From Scyliorhinus canicula (Eukaryota): DNA of 64,000 nt. Both the position numbers and the translations under genes were made by a program. This document shows positions 45,700-58,398 of the stretch, piece by piece (position 1 is the first letter of the stretch; every line of letters starts with the position of its first letter). Under the pieces are notes generated by a model. The model ran no database searches and had not been told where the DNA came from. It saw only the letters and a program-made list of their open reading frames with translations. The stretch is from NCBI RefSeq assembly GCF_902713615.1, contig NW_024055482.1, positions 124,001-188,000 of the forward strand, read 5' to 3'.

Positions 45700-47400
45700 T
45701 AATGAATAAATAAACAAAAGGCCGGAATAGGAGCCTCAATAAAATTCCCCTCCTCAGTGATGCGGGAGCCCAGCACGTCAGTGCAAAAAACAAGACTGAA
45801 AGTTTCTGCCAGAGGTGCCGAGAGGATGATCCATCTCGGCCTACTCCGGTGGTCTGCATCATCGTGGATGTCAGTCTTCAGCAAATTTCATTCACTCCAC
45901 ACGATATCAACAAACGGCTGAAGGCGCTGCTAATGCATTATCCCTGGCAACATTCTAGCAGCAATACTGAAGATATGTGGCCTGGAACTGGCTGCGCCCC
46001 AGACAAGTTGCTCCAGGGCAGGTATAACACTGACATGGACCCAACAATCTGTAACATTGCCAAACATGACCCGTCCACATAAGGCAGGAAAAATCCAACC
46101 CGGCCAATTATTGGCCCATCAGTCCGCATTCGATCATCAGCAACTTCATGAAAAGTGTCAAGGAGCATCCTGTCACGTACTGTCCCGGCCCTAGCTTCAC
46201 CCTTCATCATAAGGTCAGAAGTGGGGATGTTCGCTGATGATTACCCAATGTTCTGCACCATATTCATAGATTTCATTGTGCAGAAGGAGGCCATTCGGCC
46301 CATCGATTCTGCACCGGCTCCTGGAAAGAGCACCCTACCCAAGGTTAACATCTCCACCCTATCCCCATAACCCAGTAACCCCACCCAACACTAAGGGCAA
46401 TCTATCATGGCCAATCCACCTAACCTACACATCGTTGGACTGTGAGAGGAAACCGAAGCACCCGGAGGAAACCCACGCAGACACGGGGAAGATGTGCAGA
46501 CTCCGCACAGACAGTGACCCAAGCCGGAATCGAACCTGGGACCCTGGAGCTGTGAAGCAATTGTGCTATCCACAATGCTACCGTGCTGCCCCATTCCTCA
46601 AATTCGATTCCTCAAATACTGAAGCCGTCTGTCTTCATATACAGTAAGACGTGGACAACATTCAGGCTTGGGCTGACAAGTGTCAGGGAATGACCACCCC
46701 AAAAATAGAGATGTTAACCAACTCCCCTTGGTTTTAAATGACACGACCGTGATTTAATCCCCCACCATCATTAGCATTGATGAAAAACTGAACTGGAAGA
46801 ACCATTTAAATAATGTGGCTACAAGAGCAGATCAGTAGCTGGAAATTTTGCGGTGAGTTACTCACCTCCTGACTTCCCAACCCCTACTCATCATCTAGAA
46901 GGCAGAAGTCAGGAGTTGAACTGAATATTCTCCATTTGTCTGAAGTGCGCCCCTCAAGCAACACTCGAGAATCTCAACGCCATCCAGGACAAAGCGGCCG
47001 ACTCGAGGAACACCCCATCCACCGGTTGAAATATTCACTCCCTGCATCACGGGTGTACAATTCTAGCAGCGTGAGCGATATACAAGGATGTACTGCAGCA
47101 ACTGCCTCCTTCTGTACCACCTTCCAAACCCACGAACTCAGACATTTAAAAGGACCAGGCCCGACAGACGCATTGTAACAGCAAGACCTGCAAGTTCCCC
47201 GACAAGCCTCACACTATCTTCATAGATAATCATAGAATTTACAGTGCAGAAGATGGGAACTATATCTCTTTACTGTCACTGGTCAAAATCCTGGAACGCC
47301 CGTCCTGTCACCTCTGTGGGTGGACTTACTCAGTATGGAAGGCAATGGTTCAATAGGCGGGCTCAACACCACATTCCCAAGGGCAATTAGGAATTGGCAT
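45700..47400 (+). mobile_element. Decayed CR1/L2-type LINE interrupted by a SINE (46264-46591, minus)
   Basis: ELAAP.DKL, KSNPANY.PIS, EVGMFADD; near-consensus SINE insert. Confidence 0.7.
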
Positions 47401-47614
47401 CAGCTGCTGACGTTACTGGTGACACCAAGATGCCATTAAATCATTTTAAACATATCTCTCAGCTTACATTCACCTAACCCCTGCCTCTGTTTACGTTACA
47501 CTCGCCTTGTCTCTATCTCATTGCAACAGACCCTGTCTCAGTTTTCCTGCACTCGGCTGAATATCAGTTGTTAATATACAGACCCACGCCCTGTTTCTAT
47601 TAGAAATCATTAAT

Positions 47615-50041
47615 GACTGTGTACCTGAGGTGGTCACAGAGGACCAGACGGGCTTTGTCAAAGGTAGACAGCTTACCGCGAACATCAGGCGCCTGCTGAA
47701 CGTGATAATGACCCCCTCCGGGGAGAGAACACAAGAGGTGATCGTCTCCCTGGACGCAGAAAAGGCCTTCGACAGAGTCGAGTGGAAATACCTCATAGAG
47801 GTACTGGAGCGGTTCAGGCTTGGAACAGGGTTCACCGCTTGGGTAAAGCTCCTGTACAACGCTCCCATGGCGAGTGTACAGACCAACAATACCAACTCCC
47901 AATACTTCCAGCTGCACAGGGGCACCAGACAAGGATGCCCACTGTCCCCGCTGCTGTTCGCACTAGCAATTGAACCGCTAGCAATCGCGCTCAGGGCAGC
48001 AAAAAATTGGAGGGGGATCCGAAGGGGAGGTAGAGAGCACAGAGTCTCACTCTATGCGGATGATCTGCTCCTCTATATCTCGGACCCACAAAGCAGCATG
48101 GACGGAATCATCGCGCTCCTGAAAGAGTTTGGAGCCTTCTCGGGCTACAAACTCAACATGAGCAAAAGTGAGATCTTCCCAGTACACCCGCAAGGGGGGG
48201 GGGGGGGGGGCAGCACTAAAGGGGCTGCCGTTCAATCAAGCCCGACATAAATTCCGCTACCTGGGGATCCAAATAGCCCATGACTGGAAAGGGATCCACA
48301 AATGGAACCTCACCAGCCTGACGGAGGAAGTTAAAAAGGACCTGCAAAGATGGAACACACTCCCGCTCTCCCTCGCGGGGAGAGTTCAGACGATCAAAAT
48401 GAACGTACTGCCCAGGTTCCTCTTCCTGTTTAGATCCATTCCGATCTACATCCCCAAGGCCTTTTTCAAAGCGCTGGACAAACTCATCATGGCGTTCGTA
48501 TGGGGGGGTAAAAATGCTAGGATCCCAAAGAAGGTCTTACAAAAAACAAAAACCAGGGGAGGGCTAGCCCTCCCGAATCTACAATTCTACCACTGGGCAG
48601 CAACAGCCGAGCGAGTAAGGGGATGGATCCAGGAGCCAGAGGCTGAGTGGGTGCGTGCGGAGGAGGCCTCCTGCATGGGAACCTCCCTTCGGGCCCTCGC
48701 CACGGCAGCACTCCCATCCCCACCCAAAAAACACTCCAGCAGCCCAGTGGTGACAGCCACCCTCCAATCCTGGAACCAACTGCGGCAGCAACTTGGCCTG
48801 ACCAAAATGTCGAACAGGGCTCCCATCTGCAACAACCATAGGTTCACACCAGCACTGACTGACGCCACCTTCAAAAGGTGGAGGCAGGACGGGGGGACAC
48901 TGACAGTCAGGGACCTATACACGGACGACAGGATCGCAACACTGGACGAACTGACAGAGAAATTTCAGCTAGCTGGGGGGAACGAGCTACGGTACCTGCA
49001 GCTCAAAAACTTCCTACGAAAGGAGACAAGGACGTACCCACAACCGCCACGACAGACACTACTGGAAGACCTACTGGACGCAAGTATCCTAGAGAAAGGG
49101 AACTGTAGTGACATGTATGACCGACTGGTAGATAGGGACGACACCGTACTGGACGCAACAAGAAGGAAATGGGAGGACGACCTGGGGATGGAGATAGGGT
49201 GGGGACTCTGGAGCGAAGCACTGCATAGGGTCAACTCCACCTCCACGTGCGCAAGGCTCAGCCTGACGCAACTAAAAGTGGTACATAGAGCCAACTTAAC
49301 AAGAACCCGTATGAGTAGGTTCTTCCCGGAGGTGGAAGACAGATGTGAACGGTGCCAAAGAGGCCCGGCCAACCACGCCCACATGTTCTGGTCTTGCCCC
49401 AGACTCGTGGAGTACTGGACAGCCTTCTTCGAGGTTATGTCCAAAGTGGTGGGAGTGAGGGTGGAGCCATGCCCGATAGTGGCGGTCTTCGGGGTTTCAG
49501 AACAGCCAGATCTATTCCTGGGGAGGAGGGCGGACGCCCTTGCCTTTGCCTCCCTGATCGCCCGCCGTAGAATCCTGTTTGGCTGGCGGTCAGCAGCACC
49601 GCCCAGAGCTGCGGACTGGCTGTCCGACCTCTCGGAATCTCTCCAAATGGAGAAAATCAAATTTGCCATCCGAGGGTCGGACGACGGCTTCCACAGAACG
49701 TGGGAGCCATTCATGCAACTGTTCCGGGACCTATTTGTGGCCAATGTACAAGAGGAAGAATAGTCGGGGGAAGGTAGCGGGAGGGGGGGGGGGGGCTACA
49801 GGTTCGGTACGGGGGTTCGATGGCTAGCTAAGGCCCAAAACCAAACTAAATAAACATGTTGAGGGGGGGGGGGGGGGGGGGGGGGGCGCAGTTACTACTA
49901 CGAAGATGCTTACCTGTAAATATGTATGTTAATTTTTGCGTGTTTGTTTGTTTTTTTTTGTTCTTTTTCTCTCCTAACAATTTGTAATTTGTTCAATATA
50001 AAATATGAAAACTGAATAAAAACATTTATAAAAAAAAAAAA
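47615..50041 (+). mobile_element. Young 5'-truncated L1 (ORF2 RT to C-terminal zinc knuckle, 3' UTR, poly(A)) with a 13-bp TSD
   Basis: EDQTGFVKGRQ, SLDAEKAFDRVEW, GTRQGCPLSPLLF, SLYADD, CERCQRGPANHAHMFWSC. One frameshift at the G-run ~48193-48211. TSD AGAAATCATTAAT at 47602-47614 and 50042-50054. Confidence 0.96.
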
Positions 50042-50049
50042 AGAAATCA

Positions 50050-52415
50050 TTAATAATAACTGCACTGAACCATGTCTCGGTTCGTCTGGCAGGAAACGCG
50101 TCACAATGGTTACTTCATCAGAACGTTTATCTGTGCATCGTAAACTGGAACAACATTCTGTTTGCATCATGTGGTTCCATCTCAGTTATTACTTGACAAG
50201 ATAATTAGATTCTAATAAAATCAATCCTGCTTTAGTTAATTCTACACCTGTCCATATCCCTGTTTATATAACACTAGTCCCTACCCCTGTTATTCTTGTG
50301 CTGTACGATATCCCTCTTATTGCTGCATTGGTCATGTCTCAATTTGTATCAATCGGCACTCCGCTAGACCAGAACTCAGCTTATATTGCACTAGACCCAG
50401 TCTCTGATTATGTTATCGGCGGCACGGTGGCACAGTGGTTAGCACTGCTGCCTCATAGCTCCAGGGTTCAATTCTTGACGATCCATGTGGAGTTTGCACT
50501 TTCTCCCTGTGTCTGAGTAGCTTTCCTCCGGATGCTCCTGTTTCCTCCCATAATCCAAAAATATGTAGGTTAAGTTTATTGGCCATTCTAAATTGCCCCT
50601 TAGTGTCCAGGGATGCGCAGGTCATGGTGCAAGGGCAGGGGATTGGGGAAGGTGTTCTTTCAGAGGTCGGGGCAGATGCTATGGGCCGAGTGGCCTTCTG
50701 CCCTGTAGGGATTCTATATTTGATCCTGAATCTGCCTATTTTTTTCCGAGACCTGCTCACTTTTATTAATGCACCAGATGATGCCTCTGTTTTGAATTGT
50801 GGGCGCATCATTCCACATGTCTTTGAGATGGAAAGATAATATAATAAATAGATATTTTGAACAAGAAATCAGTTTATTGCAACAGCCTGAAACGGGATGT
50901 ATAGTGTATACAGTGTGTGCTATGCAACATTTGATATTCATTTTCAGTGCAGTCAGCCGAATTAGATTTCAGTTGGCATTTCTTCGTTGCCAGTGCCCAA
51001 GACCAATTCCTACCCCAGAGAGCTGTATGTGTGGGCGGATGCAGAGTATTATGTCCCCATGTGCTTGCTGCCCTTGTGATTCTCGGAGGTCTCGGGTATG
51101 GAAGGTGCTGTTGAAGAATTCTTGACGAGTTTCTGCAGTGCATCCTGTCGATGTTACACAATGCAGCTACGGTGTGCCTGCTGTGAAGAGAATTAATGTT
51201 GCTGCAACGTTAGGTTCTGTCTCAGTTATTTATCTAATGTTTGTTTATGTTACACAATTACAACTATTCCATTCCCTTAGTTTATTGCACTAGGCCCAGG
51301 CAATAGAATTTCAGTTGTTCAATTTGATGCGGCTGCAAGAAGATCAGGGAGGTCTGCGCTTGTATGTAGGTGCGTCTAGAGTGCTGACAAGACAGAGTAT
51401 GACGTTTATCTGGACATAGATCAGCATTGCTTGCTGAAGAATTTTAGACTCTCACTTTTCCCTCAGTTTTTTTTTAATCTTCACAATTTCCACCTCAGCC
51501 ACTTTCAAAATTATTGGGCATGGTCTACCACAGCAATTACTGAGGCCGGGTCCAATGTAATATGAACAGAAATATGGCCCATAGCAGAACTGAGGCTGTA
51601 TCTAATGTAATACAGAGACAGGTTTATATTAATAGAAACAGAGTCAGGTTCTGGGTTAATGTAAAGAGAGACAAACTGGGTGCATAATTCCATTCGATAT
51701 AGGGGCAGAATTAGGCCATTCGACCCATCGAGACTGCTTCGTCATTAAATCATGGCCAATATGTTCCTAATCCCCATTCTCCTGCCTTCTCCCAATAACT
51801 CCTGAACGCCTCATTGATCAAGACATGACCTCTAATTGGTGGCCTAGTTTAATATGAACAAAGAGAAATAGGTCCTTATTTAATATAAACTGACACAGGT
51901 ACAAGGTAGTATAATATAAACAGAGACGGGGTCACGGCCTGGTGCAATACAGAGGCAGGGACGACTGTCCCTTCAAACACTCGCAGGACTGGTGCATCAC
52001 AGGTTGGAGACAAAGAGAAATTCCCTTACACTGTCCCCATCAAACATTCTCAGAGCAGCTGCAGATTGTTTAGATATGTAATTAAATTCCCTCTACATAA
52101 CTCGCTTAAACACATTAACTGCCTGGAAACCAAGAGTTCTACACCAGGCAAAACCTCTTCTGCCCTCTTCCTTCAGAGATCCCCAAGACAGGTTGACAGC
52201 GGGGTTAGTTACTGGGTAAAGAAACCTCTGCATTTCCCCATCAAACTCACCCAGGTCAGGTACAGCACAGTTCAGATACGGTGTAAATCTCTCTGTGCAC
52301 AGTCATATAAAACACTCACAGGGCAGGTTCAGTGCAGGTTACATGCAAGTAAAGCTTGCTCTACCCTGGGCAATCAAATGCTCCAAGGTCACGGCAGGTT
52401 GATTAAGTACAAGGC
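50050..52415. repeat. Mixed degenerate satellite (TGTCTCTGTTTATATT-like and ACACTGTCCCCATCAAACAC-like units), SINE ~50419-50720 (+) and LINE fragment ~50730-51190 (-)
   Basis: Recurrent short motifs in both orientations. Confidence 0.6.
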
Positions 52416-52430
52416 AAGATTCTTCGGCCC

Positions 52431-53282
52431 CCGGAACTGGGGGAACAGATCGCGAACTGGGGGAACAGATCGAAGACGGGACATGGGCTGATGCCCTGGA
52501 GAGGGTTAATTCTTCCTCCTCGTGTGCGCGGCTTAGCCTCATCCAATTCAAGGTGCTGCATCGGGCCCACATGACTGGGACGAGGATGAGTAGGTTCTTT
52601 GGGGGTGAGGACAGGTGTGTCAGGTGCTCGGGGAGTCCAGCGAACCATGCCCATATGTTCTGGGCATGCCCGGCACTGGAGGAGTTCTGGAAGGGGGTGG
52701 CGAGGACGGCGTCGAGGGTGGTGGGATCCAGGGTCAAGCCAGGATGGGGACTCGCGATTTTTGGGGTTGGGGTGGAGCCGGGAGTGCAGGAGTCGAAAGA
52801 GGCCGGTGTGCTGGCCTTTGCGTCCCTAGTAGCCCGGCGAAGGATCTTGCTACAATGGAAGGATGCGAGGCCCCCAAGCGTGGAGACCTGGATCAGTGAC
52901 ATGGCGGGTTTCATTAAGCTAGAGAAGGTCAAATTCGCCCTGAGAGGGTCGGTACAAGGGTTCTTTAGGCGGTGGCAGCCTTTTCTCGACTTTCTGGCTC
53001 AACGATAGGGTACGGGGACAGCAGCAGCAGCAACCCGGGGAGGGAAAAGGGGAGGGAAAAGGGGGGGGGGGCCGACAATGACTGTTTGTTTATTTAATTT
53101 TAATATTTTTAAAGTTCTTTTGTTGTTCATTAGGGTTGGGGGGGTGGGGGGATGTGATACATGCGCCGATACGGTCTGGGGGTGTCACAGTTATTATGGG
53201 TTATTTTGTTGCATTTCATTGTTTGTCGTTATGTTTTATATTTTCTGTAAAAAATTCCAATAAAAATTATATTAAAAAAAAA
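52431..53282 (+). mobile_element. Second young 5'-truncated L1 (different subfamily) with a 15-bp TSD
   Basis: CARLSLIQFKVLHRAHMT...CVRCSGSPANHAHMFWAC...FFRRWQPFLDFLAQR*; poly(A); TSD AAGATTCTTCGGCCC at 52416-52430 and 53283-53297; GAACTGGGGGAACAGATCG doubled at the 5' junction. Confidence 0.95.
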
Positions 53283-56200
53283 AAGATTCTTCGGCCCTGC
53301 CACATCAAATCCTCAATCAACAGGTGCAGCCCAGATCAGATATAGAGGAAAATTGTCTCTACACTTCTCATTAAATACTCCAAAGTCATTTAATGCTCCA
53401 ACCACATTTTAGCGTAAAACTCCCTCGACGGATTCCAATACATTGGATTCGATCCATTTAGTTGGAAGCCAACAGGCTGAGTTCGGGCTGAGAGGGCTCT
53501 GAGAGGGCTGGTTTAGCTCAGTGGCCAAGACAGCTGGTTTGTGATGCAGAACAAGACCAGCGGCGCGGGTTCGCTTACCGGAATGGGCGCCGGAAAGTGG
53601 CGACTCAGGGCATTTCACAGTAAAATTGTTATTAGTGTTGGCCACATGTCGATTAAAGACAATGATCCTTCGTGGAGAGGCATGAGATCAAACCAGTTAT
53701 GAGAGACAGAGAGAGATAGGATACAGGAAAATTCTACTAACATACTTAGCATGCCCTTATATTTAGAGATTAGAGGGAATATTTCCTAATTATGAACATG
53801 AATAACATCATGACATTTTTCTCATATAACTGATGAATAAAAAAATGTCGAAAAACAAACACTACTGGAATTCGTTGATCTATTTGCATCTTTGGCTCTA
53901 TTTCTGTGCTGTGTTGGTGGGGAAACATTTGTTTTGCTTCTCTCAGTACGCAATCTAATCTGGAACTTCTATTTCTGTGTTTATTTACATAAACACCTCA
54001 CTGGCACAATGTCAGCAAAAGGAGATAAACACAATCACGCATTGATTAGTTTCAACCCAAAATAGCGGGTTATTTAAAGAATATTGACAGTTGGTTAAAT
54101 GAATAGAAACTTCCATTAGAACAGATGTTACTTAATTGAAATAAAAAATACTTTAAATTAAGTATTAATTCTGAAAGTTCTGATGCCTCAATTAATAAAT
54201 CATGTTTAACCAGCTACTTTTCCACTGAATGTTAATTTGATTGAAATATTAACCGATTTAAAGAAGATAACTTGAAACATCAGGCAGAGGAGTGATCTGT
54301 AGTCACATCAATCTCAGATCTTTCAACATATTACAACTTGCATTTTAAAATGTTAACATTTGGAAAGAGCTTGATTTTGTAAAACACTTTACCCGACCTC
54401 AGGTCATCCCAACGCCCTTAAAACTCACTGATATTTTTTGCTGAATTTAGTCACTGCTGTAATGTTGGAAACAGAGCAGGGAATTTGTGCACAGCAAGCT
54501 CCCACAAACTGAGATGTGATAAATTACCAGCTAATCTGTGATTTTAGATGCAGAACGGGCATTGGTCCAAGATACTGGGAAAAGCAGCTCTGCTCTTTAG
54601 AATTATATCAGTGAGGTAATCCACCTGAAATGTGAATCTGTTCCTCCCTCTGCTTTTTTTGTTGTTTATGTTGTAGATTTCCAGAATCTGCAGCACTTTG
54701 CACAGTTTTGGATTCATTCTCGCTATATAGCCATCATTAACTGTCCATCCTGAGAAGCCGAATGTGAACCACCTTTTTGATGAGGTGCACTTCGAGCGAG
54801 TTTATTAACATTTGACTTTCTGTAGCATCTTCCCTTCAACTGACTTGCTTGCTTGGCAATATCAGAGATAGTTAATAGTCAATCACATCATTGTTGAACT
54901 AGAGTCACATATGGGCCAGACAGAGTAAGGAGGGAAGCTTTCTTCTCCTGAAGGACGCTGGTGAACCGGCTGGGCTTTGCAAAATTTCAATAGCTTCATA
55001 AGTATTATAAATGACGCGCCGATTTTTGGCTGATTGATTAAGTCATTCAATTGAAAGTCTCTACAGCTGCCATAAAACCATAAGATTTGGAGCAGAACTT
55101 GGCCATTCGGCCCATGGAATATGATCTGCCATTCAATGAAATCGTGGCAAATCTGGTAAAATCCTAGACTCCACATTTCCACTTTATTCCCATCATCCTT
55201 GATTCCCTTACTGATGAAAAATCTGTTTGTCTCAGCTTTGAACATATCTATTGACCAGGCGAACTCTCTACGGCAAATAATTCTATAGAAGCATGACGCT
55301 CTGAGAGAAGAAATTCCTCCTCATCCTCGTCTGAAATGAGTGGCACCTTACACTGAGATTGTGGCCTATGGTCCTAGACTCTCCCAAAAGCGGGAACAAC
55401 CTCAAGCATCTACATTGTCAAGCCCCCCTGAGAATACTATATATCTCAGTAACTTCGCCTCTCATACTTCTAAACTCCAATTCGTGTAGGCATAACTGAC
55501 TTAAGCTCTCCCCATTTCAGTCTCTGTGGTCTTACAACATAGAACATAGAACATAGAACGATACAGTGCAGTACAGGCCCTTCGGCCCTCGATGTTGCAC
55601 CGACATGGAAAAAATCTAAAGGCCATCTAACACCAGGCTAAACTCTCTCCTCAGGTGGGAACGAAAGTTAGTGATTTGAAACAAACCTGTTGGACTTTAA
55701 CTTGGTGTTGTCAGACTTCTTACTGTGCTCACCCCAGTCCAACGTCAGCATCTCCACATCATGGCCACAGTCTCCGTGGTGCAATTGGTCAGCGTGTTTG
55801 GCTGTTTACCGCAAGGTCTGTGATTCAAGGCCGGATTCTTCTTTATTTGCTGGCAGGTAGATTAACGATGGGTTGAAAGGTCTGTTTCTGTGCTGTGAAA
55901 TGCTACCACCTTTGAAAATCCCTCCATACTCGGGATTAACCAAAAAAAAAAACTTTTCTGGACTGCCTCCAAAATATCTATCCTTACACGAGGAGACCAT
56001 AACAGTTCACAACATTACAATATGACCTGGTGGAATTTATACTCCTGTGTCTGGAGTATTAGTTCAGGCCTCCAGATTACCCGTTTTGTAATAATATTGC
56101 GAGACTATCCCGAAGACTGTAATATCATCACTTCTAAAAGATGGAACAATTGAACATTAAACACTCCTTTTGCATTGGATCACAGGTCTGGATCATGTGC

Positions 56201-57430
56201 TCAGGTATCTGTTGTGGGAGGTGATAGTGATTCCACTGAGACAAGACTGGTAACCTATCATGGTTTGTATTTTGACATTCTGAAATATTGCTCAGTGATT
56301 CTAAAGTTCAAACTATGGGTCCAGTCTTAAATAGGTTAATTTAATTTTCCGAGGCTGGTCATTTACTAGCCTTAGGTCTTATTCTGATAATGGTGATAGG
56401 GAATTCCACTGGTTCCATATAAAATATCAGTTATTCTAAAAATACACACCAGTCTCTGTTTATATTATACCTGACCATGTTCCTGTTGCCTGTCACGATA
56501 TTCTAAATGATCATAGATCATAGAATTTACAGTGTAGAAGGACGCCATTCGGCCCATCGAGTCTTCACCGGCTCCTGGAAAGAGCACCCAACCCAAGGTC
56601 AACACCTCCACCCCATCCCCATAACCCAGTAACCCCAACCAACACTAAGGGCAATTTTGGACACGAAGGCAATTTATCATGGCCACTCCACCTAACCTGC
56701 ACATCTTTGGACTGTGGGAGGAAACCGTAGCACCCGGAGGAAACCCACGCACACACGGGGAGGATGTGCAGACTCCGCACAGACAATGACCCAAGCCGGA
56801 ATCGAACCTGGGACCCTGGTGCTGTGAAGCGATTGTGCTATCCACAATGCTACCGTGCTGCCCTTGATTGTATATATTTGCTTATTTATATGAGTACAAT
56901 CATTGTTGATTTGGAGATTATATTAATTCTTGTTCATACCTATAAGTAGTTCTATGAAATGTGCATTTGCTCTGCTATCATGTGGGTAATATTGAGTTTA
57001 ATATTTTACCACCGTCCCAGTAATGAACTGGGCTTGAGGGACAGGTCTACATGTGAACATCGCTGCACTGCAATTTCCAAACGTTAATGACATTTCTGTT
57101 TTGTTCAAAATGATGAATTTACTCTTGTACTACACTCTATCCATTAGAAAGTTGTTTTCATGTTGAGGATTCTTTTCCTGCCTTGTTTTATATTCACTAA
57201 TCACCTAACTTACTGGCAGTGTTAGAACAGTGCTCTCACAGAATCACCAGATTGGCACCCACAGGATAAATGTCCACCCAATCATAGAACTCTCATCTGG
57301 TTAAGGAGAGCAAGTGACTTCACTTCAAAAAAGGATTGGCCGTTCGCATAGGTGTGCATATAAAATATTGTTCTTGGGTTTTGCAACTGTAATTTACCAA
57401 GACGCAATGTTATGTTCTGAATTAATTGTT
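53283..57430 (+). repeat. Copy A of a ~5 kb diverged tandem duplication (own SINE inserts at ~53497-53630 and ~56509-56863)
   Basis: Collinear with 58399-63310, e.g. CTGAAAGTTCTGATGCCTCAATTAATAAATCAT and ACCCGACCTCAGGTCATCCCAACGCCCTTAAAACTCACTGATAT in both. Confidence 0.9.
55520..55835 (+). pseudogene. tRNA-Asn(GTT) pseudogene split by a nested insertion (55531-55767)
   Basis: GTCTCCGTGGTGCAATTGGTCAGCGTGTTTGGCTGTTTACCGCAAGG matches vertebrate tRNA-Asn with CpG decay; 12/13 TSD CAGTCTC(T/C)GTGGT at 55518-55530 and 55768-55780. Confidence 0.75.
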
Positions 57431-57789
57431 TCACTTTGCAATGTCTTCATGTGTCTCGGCCGTAAACTCTGGTATTCATTCCCTACTCCTCTTTACCTCA
57501 ATTCCCTTAATAAAATCATCCCATATAACCTGCCTCGTTGACCAAGTTTTTAATCATCTGACGTAATAACTCTTTACACATCTATTAATCCAGACCCTGC
57601 AGCAGGAATGACTGCAAAAGACCCTACCTCAGTTTATAATATTCCACATCCTGAATCAATAATCACTGCTTTATATCCTATATCATTTAAGGGCAATCAA
57701 CCTTTGTCTCAGTAATTTCTGCACTAGAACCTGTCTCCGTTTATGCTATTTGAGACCCTGCATCTGTAATCACTGCACTAGATCCAATC

Positions 57790-58048
57790 TCAGTAGCACA
57801 ATTGCTTCACAGCGCCAGAGTCCCAGTCAGTGCGGAGTCGGCACGTTCTCCCCGTGTCTGCGTGGGTTTCCATCGGGTGCTCCGTATTACTCCCACAAAT
57901 CTCGAAAGATGTGCAGTTCTATAATTTGGACATTCGGAATTCTCCGTTTGTGTACCCAAACAGGCGGCGGAATGTGGCGACTGGGATCTTTTCACGGTGA
58001 CTTCATTGCAGTGCTAATGTCAGCTTACTTCAGACAAAAATATTATTA
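57790..58048 (+). mobile_element. Decayed tRNA-derived SINE
   Basis: CACGTTCTCCCCGTGTCTGCGTGGGTTTCC core; GTGGCGACTGGG..TTTTCAC tail. Confidence 0.8.
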
Positions 58049-58398
58049 GATTAGTTTAGGTTAATCACCACCACATATGAGTGATAATCGTTTTAGACCT
58101 TGGCATGGAATCATGGAGAGTTAGAGGTTTACAATACAGAAAGATGCCCTTCACCCACCATATCTGCGATGGAAATCAGGTACCTGTCTATTCTAAGATA
58201 GTCCATGGATTGTCTTCCTACCATAAAACTATAAGACATAGGAGCAGAATTCGACGATTAGGCCAATCGAGTGTGCTCCACATTCAATCACGACTGTTAT
58301 GTTTCTAAAAGCCTATCTCCTGCCTTCTCACCACAACCCTGATCCCTTTATTAATCAAGAAACTATCTATCTCTGTCAGCCTGGTTAGAAAGAGGGAA

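Noticed and set aside
48965-49744. 259-aa minus-strand ORF
   Set aside because: It is the antisense of L1 ORF2
53497-53630. Functional tRNA genes at SINE heads (also ~60117 and ~10099)
   Set aside because: The A/B boxes continue into SINE bodies and tails, with no complete cloverleaf
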